From sequence record MT613935.1: a DNA stretch of 44,033 nt; one strand, given 5' to 3'. Below are positions 1 through 7,856 of the stretch, in pieces. The notes beneath the pieces are model-generated. The model was given only the letters and a program-made list of their open reading frames with translations, searched no databases and had not been told where the DNA came from. The number at the start of each line of letters is the position of its first letter. The first letter of the stretch is position 1. The position numbers were made by a program, and so were the translations under genes. This DNA is from Pseudomonas phage Persinger.

Positions 1-555
1 TTAGCGGAGTCTCACGCGCACGGTGGCGCCAAATGGATTTCGCCCGCAAGCCTTGGCACGTTCTCGCCGCACCTGCTCGGCGTAGTAGCTGCGCAGCTTC
101 AGCAGGTCGGCAATCGGGGTGCGGTACAACTCGCGGTTGTTGATGCGGTAGCGTTCCTGGTCCAGCGTTGCCCGCTTCGCCAGCACGGCGTCGATGGCCT
201 CCAGGGCGATCTGCGCCTGGCTGCGTCCGTCGAACTCACCAGTGACGGCGGACAGGTCGGGCGTGATGGTCAGCTGGCCTTGCTCGACTTCCACCACTTC
301 GTCGCCGCGAGTGGCGCGCATGGTGAACCAGTAATCGCCTGGCGCCCATGTTGCTGTCGTTGCCGCATTGACGCGCAGGCGGTGCTGGCTGCCCTCGGCC
401 GTGGTCTGCAAATCAATTGCGGACTTGCCGCGCAGCAGCACGGACACGGACCAGTCCGGCGCCGGAAACGCGGTCAGCGTCAGCAGCACGTCGAAGGTCA
501 GGCCAGCGCCAATTTTTCCAGGAATGCTTCCGCAGCTCACCAGCTTTTCACCCAT
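1..555 (-). CDS. Head-tail joining protein; C-terminal gpW-like domain with ~110-aa N-terminal extension
   Basis: 184-aa ORF directly downstream of the large terminase and, across the circular junction, upstream of the portal (lambda order Nu1-A-W-B). C-terminal ~60 aa (QAQIALEAIDAVLAKRATLDQERYRINNRELYRTPIADLLKLRSYY) aligns by eye to lambda gpW. Stop codon TAA occupies positions 1-3. Confidence 0.45.
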   Translation of the reverse strand: MGEKLVSCGSIPGKIGAGLTFDVLLTLTAFPAPDWSVSVLLRGKSAIDLQTTAEGSQHRLRVNAATTATWAPGDYWFTMRATRGDEVVEVEQGQLTITPDLSAVTGEFDGRSQAQIALEAIDAVLAKRATLDQERYRINNRELYRTPIADLLKLRSYYAEQVRRERAKACGRNPFGATVRVRLR

Positions 556-2582
556 CCGCCCTTGCGCCCAGCAACCGATTTTGAGCGCTTAATAGTGGGC
601 TTAGTCTGTGGGCGCGTGGCCTTCTGTTCCTCTTGTGGGATTTCCGCAGGCTTGTTGTCGTTGGCTGGCCGCTGCGGCTTTTGCTGCGGCTTGGGCGTTG
701 GCGCCGGCAGCTCGCGCGCCTTGCCATCGTCCGGCATCGCGTAGCGCTCGGCGAGCCGTTTAAACGATGGATTCATGATCTTGAGCGCGGCGAGCGCGTA
801 CACGCGGCAGTCCAGACCTTCGTTCCGTGCGCGGTCTGGCTTGTGCCACTCGCGCACAGGCTGGCCCTTAACGTACCTGGTGACCAGCTTTTCGGAAGTT
901 ATTTGCTTGTACCAGTCCGCATCGCGGTCGCTCGGCGTGTGGCAGTAGCCAGGACCGCCGGTCTTTTCTTCGGCGCCCACGGTGGCCGCCAGACGGCGCA
1001 TGACCACCAGCTTGGCTTCGTCGGTGCCGACCAGGAACAGGTCCACTTTCCTGGCGCGTTTTCCCGACTGCTTGCGCTGCGGCTTCTCGACAATCGGACG
1101 GCCCCAGCCGGACACGCCCTTGCCGGCGAACAGGCGCCGGCCAGTCCTGCCTTTGGCGTAGTCGTAGGCCGCCTGGGTCATGCCGTTGGTGCCGCCGGTA
1201 TCCAGCAGGGCGGCGCTGATTGGCATGATGGCGCCGCTTTCGTGCTGGTAGGTGGACGCCAGCAGGTCGTCCAGGTCGTCCCATACGTCCTGGTGCAGAG
1301 GGTCGCCCCACAGCACGTAATAGCCGATGGACCACGATTCCTCACCGACGCCCCAGGCGACCACTTCGCATTCCAGGCGGTCCATCTGCATGTCGATGCC
1401 TGCGGTAAGGTACAGGCCACCGGCCGGAACCTCGGCGCGGTATTCCTCGGCGCGTCCCTGCAGGCTGTTCGGGTCTGCCTTCTCGCCCTTCTCAGCGTAG
1501 GTCAGCGCCAACGACACGTTGACGAACGACTGCAGGTCGTCCAGCGCCAGCTTGTCCAGGTACGACTGCACGATATCGCGCAGACGGCGGAACGTTGAAA
1601 GCATTTCAGGTGCATGGAAGCTGGCGTGCCCTTTGAACGGCTTGGTCGCCTTCCAGCCGTGGCCAAGGCGCTCGGCGTTGCGGATCGCGGCCACGCGCTC
1701 GCCGTCATCCCATCCGACGCCGCAGCCTTCGCAGTGATAGTGCGCAGTGCCGGGGTCGTGTTCCTGGTCCTTGTCTTTTTCGGCGTCGTCTATGCCGGTG
1801 GAAACGCGACCCGACCAGGACACGTTTTCCCATCGCAGGTGCTGGGCGTGACCGCAGTGCGGGCACGGCACGTAGTAGCGGCGCTGGTCGCCTTCGTTGA
1901 ACGCCGTTTCAATGCGGCTGGCGCCTTCGATGGTCGGCGTGCTGGACTCGGTACGCAGCGCATCGTCGCCGAAGGACGCTGAACGCTGCGCCAGCAGCTC
2001 GCCTGGGTCGCCTTCTGGCGTAGCTTCGAATCCGTCGATTTCGTCGGCCTGGGTTACCGGCGCCGAGCGGCCCCGCAGTGTCTTTGGCGAACCAGCCCAG
2101 CTGAACATCAGCCAGCCGCCGATATACGAAATGATGCGGCTGTTGTTGACGCCCTCGCGGCCCCGCTGCTTGGCCATCTTGCTGCTGATGGCCGGGTTGG
2201 CGTCCAGCATCGGGCGCAGCTTCGTTTCCAGGAACGTCTGCACGTCGCCCTGCGTCGGCTGAACCAGGATTTGCGAGCGCGGCTCATGCTCGATGAAATA
2301 GCCGGTGACGCACTGCTGGACGGTGGTTTTCCCCAGCTGCGCGCCGGTCATGTACGACACGCGGCGCACGCCTGGTTCCTTGATGGCGTCCAGCATGCCG
2401 CGCTGATAGGGTGCGTTGGCGAACCGGATCGGACCCGGCTTCGCGTTGCCCACTGGAATGCGCACGTTCTTTTCGGCCCACACGCTCGGAAGCATGTCGG
2501 GCGGTGGCACCAGGTTCTGCGCAGCGCGTCGGGTGGCAGCGATGACGGCGGCGCGGTTGCTGAACTGCACCACGTCAGCCAT
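537..2582 (-). CDS. Terminase large subunit, lambda gpA family
   Basis: 681-aa ORF with recognisable GpA-family sequence throughout (ATPase N-terminus, nuclease C-terminus). Low-complexity Pro/Gln/Lys C-terminal tail contains ANDNK and EIPQEE (the 19-bp repeat). Overlaps the small-terminase stop. Confidence 0.85.
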   Translation of the reverse strand: MADVVQFSNRAAVIAATRRAAQNLVPPPDMLPSVWAEKNVRIPVGNAKPGPIRFANAPYQRGMLDAIKEPGVRRVSYMTGAQLGKTTVQQCVTGYFIEHEPRSQILVQPTQGDVQTFLETKLRPMLDANPAISSKMAKQRGREGVNNSRIISYIGGWLMFSWAGSPKTLRGRSAPVTQADEIDGFEATPEGDPGELLAQRSASFGDDALRTESSTPTIEGASRIETAFNEGDQRRYYVPCPHCGHAQHLRWENVSWSGRVSTGIDDAEKDKDQEHDPGTAHYHCEGCGVGWDDGERVAAIRNAERLGHGWKATKPFKGHASFHAPEMLSTFRRLRDIVQSYLDKLALDDLQSFVNVSLALTYAEKGEKADPNSLQGRAEEYRAEVPAGGLYLTAGIDMQMDRLECEVVAWGVGEESWSIGYYVLWGDPLHQDVWDDLDDLLASTYQHESGAIMPISAALLDTGGTNGMTQAAYDYAKGRTGRRLFAGKGVSGWGRPIVEKPQRKQSGKRARKVDLFLVGTDEAKLVVMRRLAATVGAEEKTGGPGYCHTPSDRDADWYKQITSEKLVTRYVKGQPVREWHKPDRARNEGLDCRVYALAALKIMNPSFKRLAERYAMPDDGKARELPAPTPKPQQKPQRPANDNKPAEIPQEEQKATRPQTKPTIKRSKSVAGRKGGWVKSW
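627..645 (-). repeat. 19-bp late element copy A (TTCCTCTTGTGGGATTTCC on + strand)
   Basis: Lies in the terminase 3' tail (read as EIPQEE), 72-90 bp upstream of the gpW-like start (555). Confidence 0.8.
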
Positions 2583-3096
2583 CTGAATCAGCCTCTTCGT
2601 CGTCTTCGTCGTCCAGGTTCAGGTCGGCTTCGGCGGCAGTCTCCAGCGCCAGCGTCAGTTCCTCGCGCAGCTTCGCCTTGAAAATGATTTCATCAGTCTC
2701 TCCCAGCAGCTGCAGCACCGCGCGCGCCGGCACCTGCATGACGTTGGCGCGAATGGCGGCCATCAATGCGGCGGTGGCGCGTTCGAACTCGCGAACCGGC
2801 GCCACGTCGCCTTTCGCCTTGGCCACTTCCAGTTCGGCCCGCTCGGCTTCGGCGGCGAGCTTGCGGCGCTTCAGCTGGTTTTCATCCGCCAGGGTGGTGC
2901 CGCTACCTTCCTCGCGCGCCTTCTCCCGAAGGAACGCTGCGACCTCGGCTGAATTGAATTCGCTAGCGACGCCGCGCTGACCTTTCTTTACAGGGCAACC
3001 AGCACGAACCCAGGCGTCAACGGTCGGCGGAGTGACGCCGAAAAACTCGGCGCACTCGCCACGGTTCAGGGTTTGGCCCTTGCCTTTGCTCGCCAT
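2575..3096 (-). CDS. Terminase small subunit, Nu1-like (N-terminal HTH, acidic C-terminus)
   Basis: 173 aa. N-terminus TLNRGECAEFFGVTPPTVDAWVRAGCPV is a Nu1-type winged HTH. Coiled-coil middle, acidic DDEDDEEADSDG tail. Immediately upstream of and overlapping the large terminase. Confidence 0.6.
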   Translation of the reverse strand: MASKGKGQTLNRGECAEFFGVTPPTVDAWVRAGCPVKKGQRGVASEFNSAEVAAFLREKAREEGSGTTLADENQLKRRKLAAEAERAELEVAKAKGDVAPVREFERATAALMAAIRANVMQVPARAVLQLLGETDEIIFKAKLREELTLALETAAEADLNLDDEDDEEADSDG

Positions 3097-3260
3097 AAAT
3101 TTCCTTGATTGATAGCACTTTGCTAATCAAAAAACTTGATTTGAAACGGCACGCAGATGTGAAGTTTCGCGGAGTGTCTGCCCCCGCATGGCATCGGCCG
3201 CCCGGAAGGACCCGTCGATGAGAATTTTTCTCATTGTCAAGTGCCATTCGTCGGCTCCCG
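3097..3260. promoter_or_regulatory. Putative cos / packaging-recognition and late-promoter region upstream of Nu1
   Basis: Non-coding stretch 5' of the small terminase gene. TTGATT...AATCAA inverted repeat (3105-3130), a third TTGATTTGAAACGG copy (3135-3149), an A-tract, and the ATGAGAATTTTTCTCAT palindrome (3218-3234). Lambda-type cos lies immediately upstream of Nu1. Confidence 0.3.
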
Positions 3261-3278
3261 ACAGACGGTCACGCACCA

Positions 3279-3800
3279 TCATGGTGCGCCCCTCACGCTG
3301 TCATAGGCCGCTTCACACGCTAGCCCCCTTGCCCTGGCCTGGTCAGCAACTGCAGCCAGGTGGCCCGCCGCTTGGTCAGCCCGCTTGAACACGTCGGCAA
3401 GCACTCGGGCGTACTCGGCAGCTGCCTTGCTTGCGGCGGTAGTGCAGGCACTGCGGCCGGCTTCACTGTCTGCCAGTCGGGCGGCGAGCTGGTCGGCTGC
3501 GTCGCGCAGGCTGCCAGCAGTGGCAGCAGCATCAGCGGCATCAGCTGCCGCACGGTCGATTTCACGCTGTGCATCTTGGGTCACCTTGTCGATGGATTGC
3601 TGGCGCATGGCCTCGATAGCGCGCTGTTCGGCCTGTGCCTGAGCGGTGGCCTTGGCATCGGCCGCCAGGTGCGCTTCCCACTTGGCCTTCCAGGTGTTGT
3701 CAGTCGCGCCCTGACCATTCCAGTAACCGGCCGTGTAGATGGCGAGCGCGGCCACCAGGGCAGCGATGGCGCGCCAGTGCTTCAGTGCCCAGGCCATCAT
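3279..3800 (-). CDS. Rz-like i-spanin
   Basis: 173 aa with an N-terminal TM helix (WRAIAALVAALAIYTAGYW) followed by Ala/Gln/Arg-rich coiled coil. Start ATG overlaps the endolysin stop (ATGA). Last gene of the lysis cassette. Confidence 0.6.
   Translation of the reverse strand: MMAWALKHWRAIAALVAALAIYTAGYWNGQGATDNTWKAKWEAHLAADAKATAQAQAEQRAIEAMRQQSIDKVTQDAQREIDRAAADAADAAATAGSLRDAADQLAARLADSEAGRSACTTAASKAAAEYARVLADVFKRADQAAGHLAAVADQARARGLACEAAYDSVRGAP
3320..3574 (-). CDS. Rz1-like o-spanin lipoprotein, embedded in Rz in a different frame
   Basis: MHSVKSTVRQLMPLMLLPLLAAC: signal peptide with LAAC lipobox, followed by a Pro-rich body (PTSSPPDWQTVKPAAVPALPPQ). Fully nested within the Rz ORF. Start could also be the internal Met (3541). 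Confidence 0.5.
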   Translation of the reverse strand: MHSVKSTVRQLMPLMLLPLLAACATQPTSSPPDWQTVKPAAVPALPPQARQLPSTPECLPTCSSGLTKRRATWLQLLTRPGQGG

Positions 3801-4279
3801 GCCGCCTTCACTCCAGTCGAAATGGCTTCAGCGCCGCCCATGCCCAGGAACAGGCACTGCTCTGCAGCACGACGACGCACAAGGCCGCGCATGACCTTGC
3901 CGTCGTTCTTCACCCAGCGCTTGAACTGCTGCGCAGCCTCTGCGGTCTTGCCTTCGTTCAGCAGGCGCAGCAGCGTGGAAGAACGCAGGTTGCCAAGCCC
4001 AAGGTTGTAGGCGAACGAAACCAGGGCGTCGAACTGGCCCTGAGTGACTGGCACCTGGACCATTTCCAGCACGCCACTTTCGAACCTGCGCAAGTCCTTG
4101 ACGAACGCCGCATCAGCCTGCGCCTGGGTCCAGACCAGGCCCTTGCGCACTTCCGGCCCGGTATGCCCCCAGCCGATGGTCCACGGCGTGCCATCCTTGC
4201 TACCAGGGTCAGGGTAGGCGGTCAGGCGGCAGGACTCGAAATAGTGCATCACCGCGATGCCATGGGCGGACGTGCGCAT
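3797..4279 (-). CDS. Endolysin, GH24 phage lysozyme (lambda R / T4 e family)
   Basis: 160 aa with ESCRLTAYPD...GTPWTIGWGHT catalytic region typical of GH24 lysozymes. GGAGTAA RBS 7 nt upstream of ATG 4279. Confidence 0.85.
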   Translation of the reverse strand: MRTSAHGIAVMHYFESCRLTAYPDPGSKDGTPWTIGWGHTGPEVRKGLVWTQAQADAAFVKDLRRFESGVLEMVQVPVTQGQFDALVSFAYNLGLGNLRSSTLLRLLNEGKTAEAAQQFKRWVKNDGKVMRGLVRRRAAEQCLFLGMGGAEAISTGVKAA

Positions 4280-4285
4280 GGTCGA

Positions 4286-4576
4286 TTACTCCACGTTATG
4301 CGGACAGGTAGCGCAACGAATGCGCCTGATGACGGCGGCACGAATGTGCGGCCAAACGGTTTTCATCCAGCAGTGACGAACGCCGATGGCTGCCACAGTG
4401 CAGTTCAGCGCGGTTTCGCTGCCCTGGCCTGGGTTGCTCAGCACGCCCAAGGCCGCGAGCATCAGCAGCATGTAAAGGACTTTGCCCACGATGCCGTCAC
4501 TGACGCGCTTGTACAGGATGCACCAGAACGCCCAAACCACGATGACGGACACTGCCACCACGTTGACCAGGATCAT
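4286..4576 (-). CDS. Small two-TM membrane protein (holin/antiholin-like)
   Basis: 96 aa with two hydrophobic helices (VNVVAVSVIVVWAFWCILY; VLYMLLMLAALGVL). Lies between the holin and the endolysin, ATGA-coupled to the holin. Confidence 0.4.
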   Translation of the reverse strand: MILVNVVAVSVIVVWAFWCILYKRVSDGIVGKVLYMLLMLAALGVLSNPGQGSETALNCTVAAIGVRHCWMKTVWPHIRAAVIRRIRCATCPHNVE

Positions 4577-4902
4577 TATTCGCCGCCTCCAGTCTTGCCG
4601 ATCTTCGCTTTGACCAGCGAAATCAGGTCAAGGTTCTTGATGGCGCGAAATCCAGCAGCCAGCAGCGAACCGCCGAACGCACCCAGCAGGAAGCCGACGC
4701 TACCAGCCAGGCCGGGGTCGATGCTGTAAGCGCTGATGGCCCAGGGAGTGCCCCAATAGGCGCAGGCCACGCCAGTGCATACGAACCACGCACGCCCGCC
4801 CCAGCCGCTCAGTTCCTCTTGGAACTTCAGCGCGACCAGGGCGCCAATGAAGCCGGCGATGATGGCCTTGTCGGTGTTCAGTAGCCGTTCCAGGAAGTCC
4901 AT
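4576..4902 (-). CDS. Holin
   Basis: 108 aa with three predicted TM segments, Gly/Ala-rich (IIAGFIGALVALKF..., FVCTGVACAYWGTPWAISAY, GSVGFLLGAFGGSLLAAGF), charged C-terminus. First gene of the lysis cassette. Confidence 0.5.
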   Translation of the reverse strand: MDFLERLLNTDKAIIAGFIGALVALKFQEELSGWGGRAWFVCTGVACAYWGTPWAISAYSIDPGLAGSVGFLLGAFGGSLLAAGFRAIKNLDLISLVKAKIGKTGGGE

Positions 4903-5408
4903 CAGCGGCGGACCTGTTTGCGGGTGATGGGTTGCATGGTTGCCGACCTCTGAAGTGATGATGGCGGATTGTTATCGTTCGCTGCCTTGGCATCCTCTTG
5001 TGGGATTTCCCGCAGCAGGTTTCGAACGTGACGGTCAGACACGCCCAGCAGCTCGGCGATGGCATCAGGCTTCATTCCCTCGCGTGCCATGCGGATTGCC
5101 GACTGGTCACGGAATCGCCTGTAAATCTCTGCGCAGCTCGCCGGCTGCAGAATCTCGCCACCGAACGCATCGACCAGGCGCTTGGCGTCGTGCCATCCAA
5201 GGATGCGCACCAGGCTGTCGTCAGGCTTCAATCGCTTGGGCACGTACATGATGACCCGGACGCCGCGCTTGCTGGTCTTTCCGTCGCGGCCATAGGACTT
5301 TGCGCCATCGACGCCCGCATAGCACCTTGGCAGCTGCCCGATCAAGTATAACGCGCGCTCACGCCCAATAACGTCCGCTATCTCCTGTGCGCTCGCAGGT
5401 AATTGCAC
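4902..5408 (-). CDS. Mor/C-family transcriptional activator (candidate late-gene activator)
   Basis: Core resembles Mu Mor. LVRILGWHDAKRLVDAFGGEILQPASCAEIYRRFRDQSAIRMAREGMKPDAIAELLGVSDRHVRNLLR ends in the C-terminal HTH. The ORF reads on through EIPQED (19-bp repeat copy B) and AANDNN before stopping. Confidence 0.55.
   Translation of the reverse strand: MQLPASAQEIADVIGRERALYLIGQLPRCYAGVDGAKSYGRDGKTSKRGVRVIMYVPKRLKPDDSLVRILGWHDAKRLVDAFGGEILQPASCAEIYRRFRDQSAIRMAREGMKPDAIAELLGVSDRHVRNLLREIPQEDAKAANDNNPPSSLQRSATMQPITRKQVRR
4992..5010 (-). repeat. 19-bp late element copy B (18/19 match, ATCCTCTTGTGGGATTTCC)
   Basis: Lies in the 3' tail of the Mor-like gene (read as EIPQED), 90-108 bp upstream of the holin start (4902). 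Confidence 0.75.
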
Positions 5409-5490
5409 GTCACGCCCCTTGTATTTCTATGTTTGTCTAGTGGGGCAATTGTAGCAGATGCTTTGGCTGTGCTGTGCAGAAAATGAGCGA

Positions 5491-5753
5491 ATGACCACCG
5501 TAGTGACCAGCTTGTCACAGGCTGAAGCCTTAGTGCCACAAGGCTTTCAGGCGTTTTCAGTGACCACCATGACCAACATGACCACAGTTCCTATAAATAC
5601 CCATACCGTTATGTCACTCTGCTACTACGCCCCTATATTTCTTTTAAATGGTAGTCACGTAGTCACTGATATAGCTGTAAGCCTTCTACGGCGCGGGTTT
5701 CAGCGATGACCAGCGTTGGTCACGGTGGTCATGGTGGTCACTGAGTTGGTCAC
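5491..5753. repeat. Iteron cluster: two opposed arrays of 7-bp repeats (GTGACCA/ATGACCA vs TGGTCAC/TGGTCAT) flanking an AT-rich core; candidate P4-type ori/crr or multi-site operator
   Basis: Left array same orientation: 5491, 5504, 5560, 5569, 5578 (9-bp period), 5706. Right array inverted: 5717, 5726, 5735, 5747 (9/9/12 spacing), plus TAGTCAC x2 at 5652 and 5660. AT-rich 5585-5650 between. No ORF of substance spans it. Confidence 0.6.
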
Positions 5754-5795
5754 TGAATGACGGATCGCTGACGCAAGCTTTCCGCCTGGGGAATG

Positions 5796-5822
5796 AAAAA
5801 CCCCGCGCGTGGCGGGGTTCTT
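5796..5822 (-). terminator. Rho-independent terminator ending the 7795->5838 early operon (stem also readable on + strand)
   Basis: AACCCCGC (5799-5806) / loop GCGTG / GCGGGGTT (5812-5819). On the minus strand the stem is followed by TTTTTCATT. Confidence 0.7.
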
Positions 5823-5837
5823 CGGGTTGTTGCTGTT

Positions 5838-6254
5838 TCAGTTGAACGGGATATCTCCAGGCTGCTCGCATGCGTTGCCGTAAAGAACAGCTTGGAACAG
5901 TGCGATGCGGTCGGCCTTGTCCATCAGGTTAAGGCGCTTGGCCACGGTCGTTGCGGCGACGAATCGGCGATAGAACTTTTCGTCAATGGTGACGATCAGG
6001 TTATCTTCGCCCAGGCGGTAAGATTGGAAGCGGCCAGACTGGCCGGAATTGAGCGCATCGGCCGCGTAGCCGTCGCCCAGTTCAACTTCACAGCCTGCGC
6101 TCTCCAGCTCGGAAATGAAGTCTTCCGACTGGCTGGCCTTAATCAGCACCAGCGTGTCACGGTCGGTATCGGTCGGCGCCGGGTCGCAGGTCACGCGCGA
6201 GCCTACAGGCTCAGTTTTCCATGCGTAGCGCTTCAGCAGTTGTTCAACGGTCAC
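5838..6254 (-). CDS. Hypothetical protein
   Basis: Start placed at GTG 6254 (MTVEQLLKRYAWK...) behind GAGGAAAGG RBS. The track ORF 5838-6425 has an Arg/Pro-rich implausible N-terminal extension overlapping the upstream gene. Confidence 0.45.
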   Translation of the reverse strand: MTVEQLLKRYAWKTEPVGSRVTCDPAPTDTDRDTLVLIKASQSEDFISELESAGCEVELGDGYAADALNSGQSGRFQSYRLGEDNLIVTIDEKFYRRFVAATTVAKRLNLMDKADRIALFQAVLYGNACEQPGDIPFN

Positions 6255-6306
6255 GTTCCTTTCCTCATTCAATCGGGCGCCGCCTTGGCGCCCTGGTGGT
6301 TGATGG

Positions 6307-6810
6307 TCAGAATTTCTTGCCGTCAGCCTTGGCGCGATTTTCCGGCTTGTGGTCGGCGCGCTTCGCGTTGTAGGCGAGCTTTTCGACCAGGGCGCCTGCC
6401 AGGTCCAGGCCGCGAGCGCCGGCATAGTCGAAGATGCGCACCAGCGTGTCGGCCAGCTCGACTTCCACAGACCTGCGATGCGGCAGGTGGTCGTCCTGGC
6501 GATCCTTGCGCAGACCTTCCAGCGCTTCGGACAGTTCGCTGTGCATCAGCGCGATCATTTCGCCGTCGTTGCGGTCCTTCGGCTCGCCAGTCTGCAGGTC
6601 GTGCCACCAGCCTGCGCGCTTGGCCAGTCCATGGCACAGCACAGTTGCGCAGTACAGGCCATTGACGGCCTTAATCGCGATGTCGTCATTGCCGAGAATG
6701 CCAACCAGGCTTTGGAACGCTTCGAATTCCATGTTGCTGGGTTCGCCGCATTTTGCTTCCAGCTCTGCAGCAATGGTAACGAACGGTTCTTGCGGTTGAT
6801 TGACTTGCAT
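6307..6810 (-). CDS. MazG-like nucleoside-triphosphate pyrophosphohydrolase (all-alpha NTP-PPase)
   Basis: 167 aa. SELSEALEGLRKD...VEVELADTLVRIFDYAGARGLDLAGALVEKLAYNAKR matches the MazG/HisE-type EExxE...DxxxY...KxxxNxxR pattern. Confidence 0.6.
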   Translation of the reverse strand: MQVNQPQEPFVTIAAELEAKCGEPSNMEFEAFQSLVGILGNDDIAIKAVNGLYCATVLCHGLAKRAGWWHDLQTGEPKDRNDGEMIALMHSELSEALEGLRKDRQDDHLPHRRSVEVELADTLVRIFDYAGARGLDLAGALVEKLAYNAKRADHKPENRAKADGKKF

Positions 6811-6867
6811 GGGTTTTTTCCCCTGTCGTTGATTGGGGCGCCAGCTCGGCGCCCTGGTGGTGGATGG

Positions 6868-7212
6868 TTAGTGCTTGGTTGCCGCGAGCGCGACCCTTGC
6901 CGCCGACACGCGCTGTTCGGTGATTTCAATCATGGTGATCGCCTCGACATGCTGGCCATCCAAAAGACTCTTGGCAGCGATCATTTCGCCTGGGACGATT
7001 TCAGGACTTGGCATGCTGCCGGACTGCATCAATACGGCATTGCCGTTTGCCTTCTGAGACACGCAGCAGGCGAGCATTACTGGAATCTGGTTGCGTTTGC
7101 AGACCTCCAGCAACTGTTCAATGATCGGCGCGATTTCGGCGAAATACTCTTTCTCGCGCTCGTATTCGGTGAACGGGGTTTCAATGATCTGCTGAGCGGT
7201 GAACTCTGCCAT
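6868..7212 (-). CDS. Hypothetical protein
   Basis: Start at Met 7212 (MAEFTAQQIIETPF...) with GAAGAGG RBS. Earlier in-frame Met gives an Arg-rich junk extension. Confidence 0.45.
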   Translation of the reverse strand: MAEFTAQQIIETPFTEYEREKEYFAEIAPIIEQLLEVCKRNQIPVMLACCVSQKANGNAVLMQSGSMPSPEIVPGEMIAAKSLLDGQHVEAITMIEITEQRVSAARVALAATKH

Positions 7213-7279
7213 GGGTTGTTGCCTCTTCATTATTGGGCGCTGTGCGCCAGTTGATGCCCTGCTACCGGCAGGGCGGCGG

Positions 7280-7438
7280 TTAGATGATCCCTTCAAACTC
7301 AGCTAAGGCCGTCAGCGCTACGCATGCGGCGTAAAGGCCGCCGAAGATGCAGAGCGAAGCCAGCGTTGCTCCAGCGACGGCTACCAGCATCACGCAAGGT
7401 ATCGACAGGCCAGCAGTCATTGCCATTGTCGCCTTCAT
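7280..7438 (-). CDS. Small hydrophobic membrane protein (52 aa), below the ORF-track size cutoff
   Basis: MKATMAMTAGLSIPCVMLVAVAGATLASLCIFGGLYAACVALTALAEFEGII read from the sequence. GAGGAAAGAAC ATG RBS. Fits the gap between flanking genes. Confidence 0.45.
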   Translation of the reverse strand: MKATMAMTAGLSIPCVMLVAVAGATLASLCIFGGLYAACVALTALAEFEGII

Positions 7439-7480
7439 GTTCTTTCCTCGGTGATGCCCCGGCGAACCGGGGCTGGGTGG

Positions 7481-7726
7481 TTAGGCGCCGACTGCGCTGG
7501 CGTACGCGATCATTTGGATCATCTGCTCGATAAACCCCATGGCGTGCGCCTCCAGGCGGTCTTCGTCGGTTGCTTCGATCAGCAACTTGTGGCTCTTCAT
7601 GCCGGAGTTGGTTTGCTTCCAGATCACGTAGAAGCTGCCTTCGACGCTGCGTTGTACGGTGATTGCCACGCCGTAGGCGCTGGCGTTGACTTTCTTGGCT
7701 ACTGCGTCGGCTACTTGCTGGCTCAT
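7481..7726 (-). CDS. Hypothetical protein, first gene of the early operon
   Basis: Start at Met 7726 (MSQQVADAVAKK...) behind GGAGGG RBS. The longer track ORF (to 7795) translates the conserved promoter block. Confidence 0.45.
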   Translation of the reverse strand: MSQQVADAVAKKVNASAYGVAITVQRSVEGSFYVIWKQTNSGMKSHKLLIEATDEDRLEAHAMGFIEQMIQMIAYASAVGA

Positions 7727-7750
7727 CGTCTTGCCCTCCAGGGCGTTGTT

Positions 7751-7806
7751 CGTTTCGTTGAAATCATTTTCAGGTTTACGCACGTAAACATCCAATTGAT
7801 TGTTTC
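7751..7806 (-). promoter_or_regulatory. Conserved promoter/operator block, copy 1 (perfect 16-bp palindrome GTTTACGTGCGTAAAC)
   Basis: Reading the minus strand: TCAATTGGATGTTTACGTGCGTAAACCTGAAAATGATTTCAACGAAACG. TTGGAT / 17 bp / (TG)AAAAT geometry with the palindrome (7774-7789) in the spacer. Near-identical block at 16652-16706. Confidence 0.5.
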
Positions 7807-7856
7807 TATCGCCTCCACGCGCGCCAATAGAAAACCCCGCCGAAGCGGGGTTGGTC

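Noticed and set aside
5458-5709. 83-aa plus-strand ORF across the iteron region
   Set aside because: Composed of the TMT/VTT repeats that are simply the translated iterons. No RBS.
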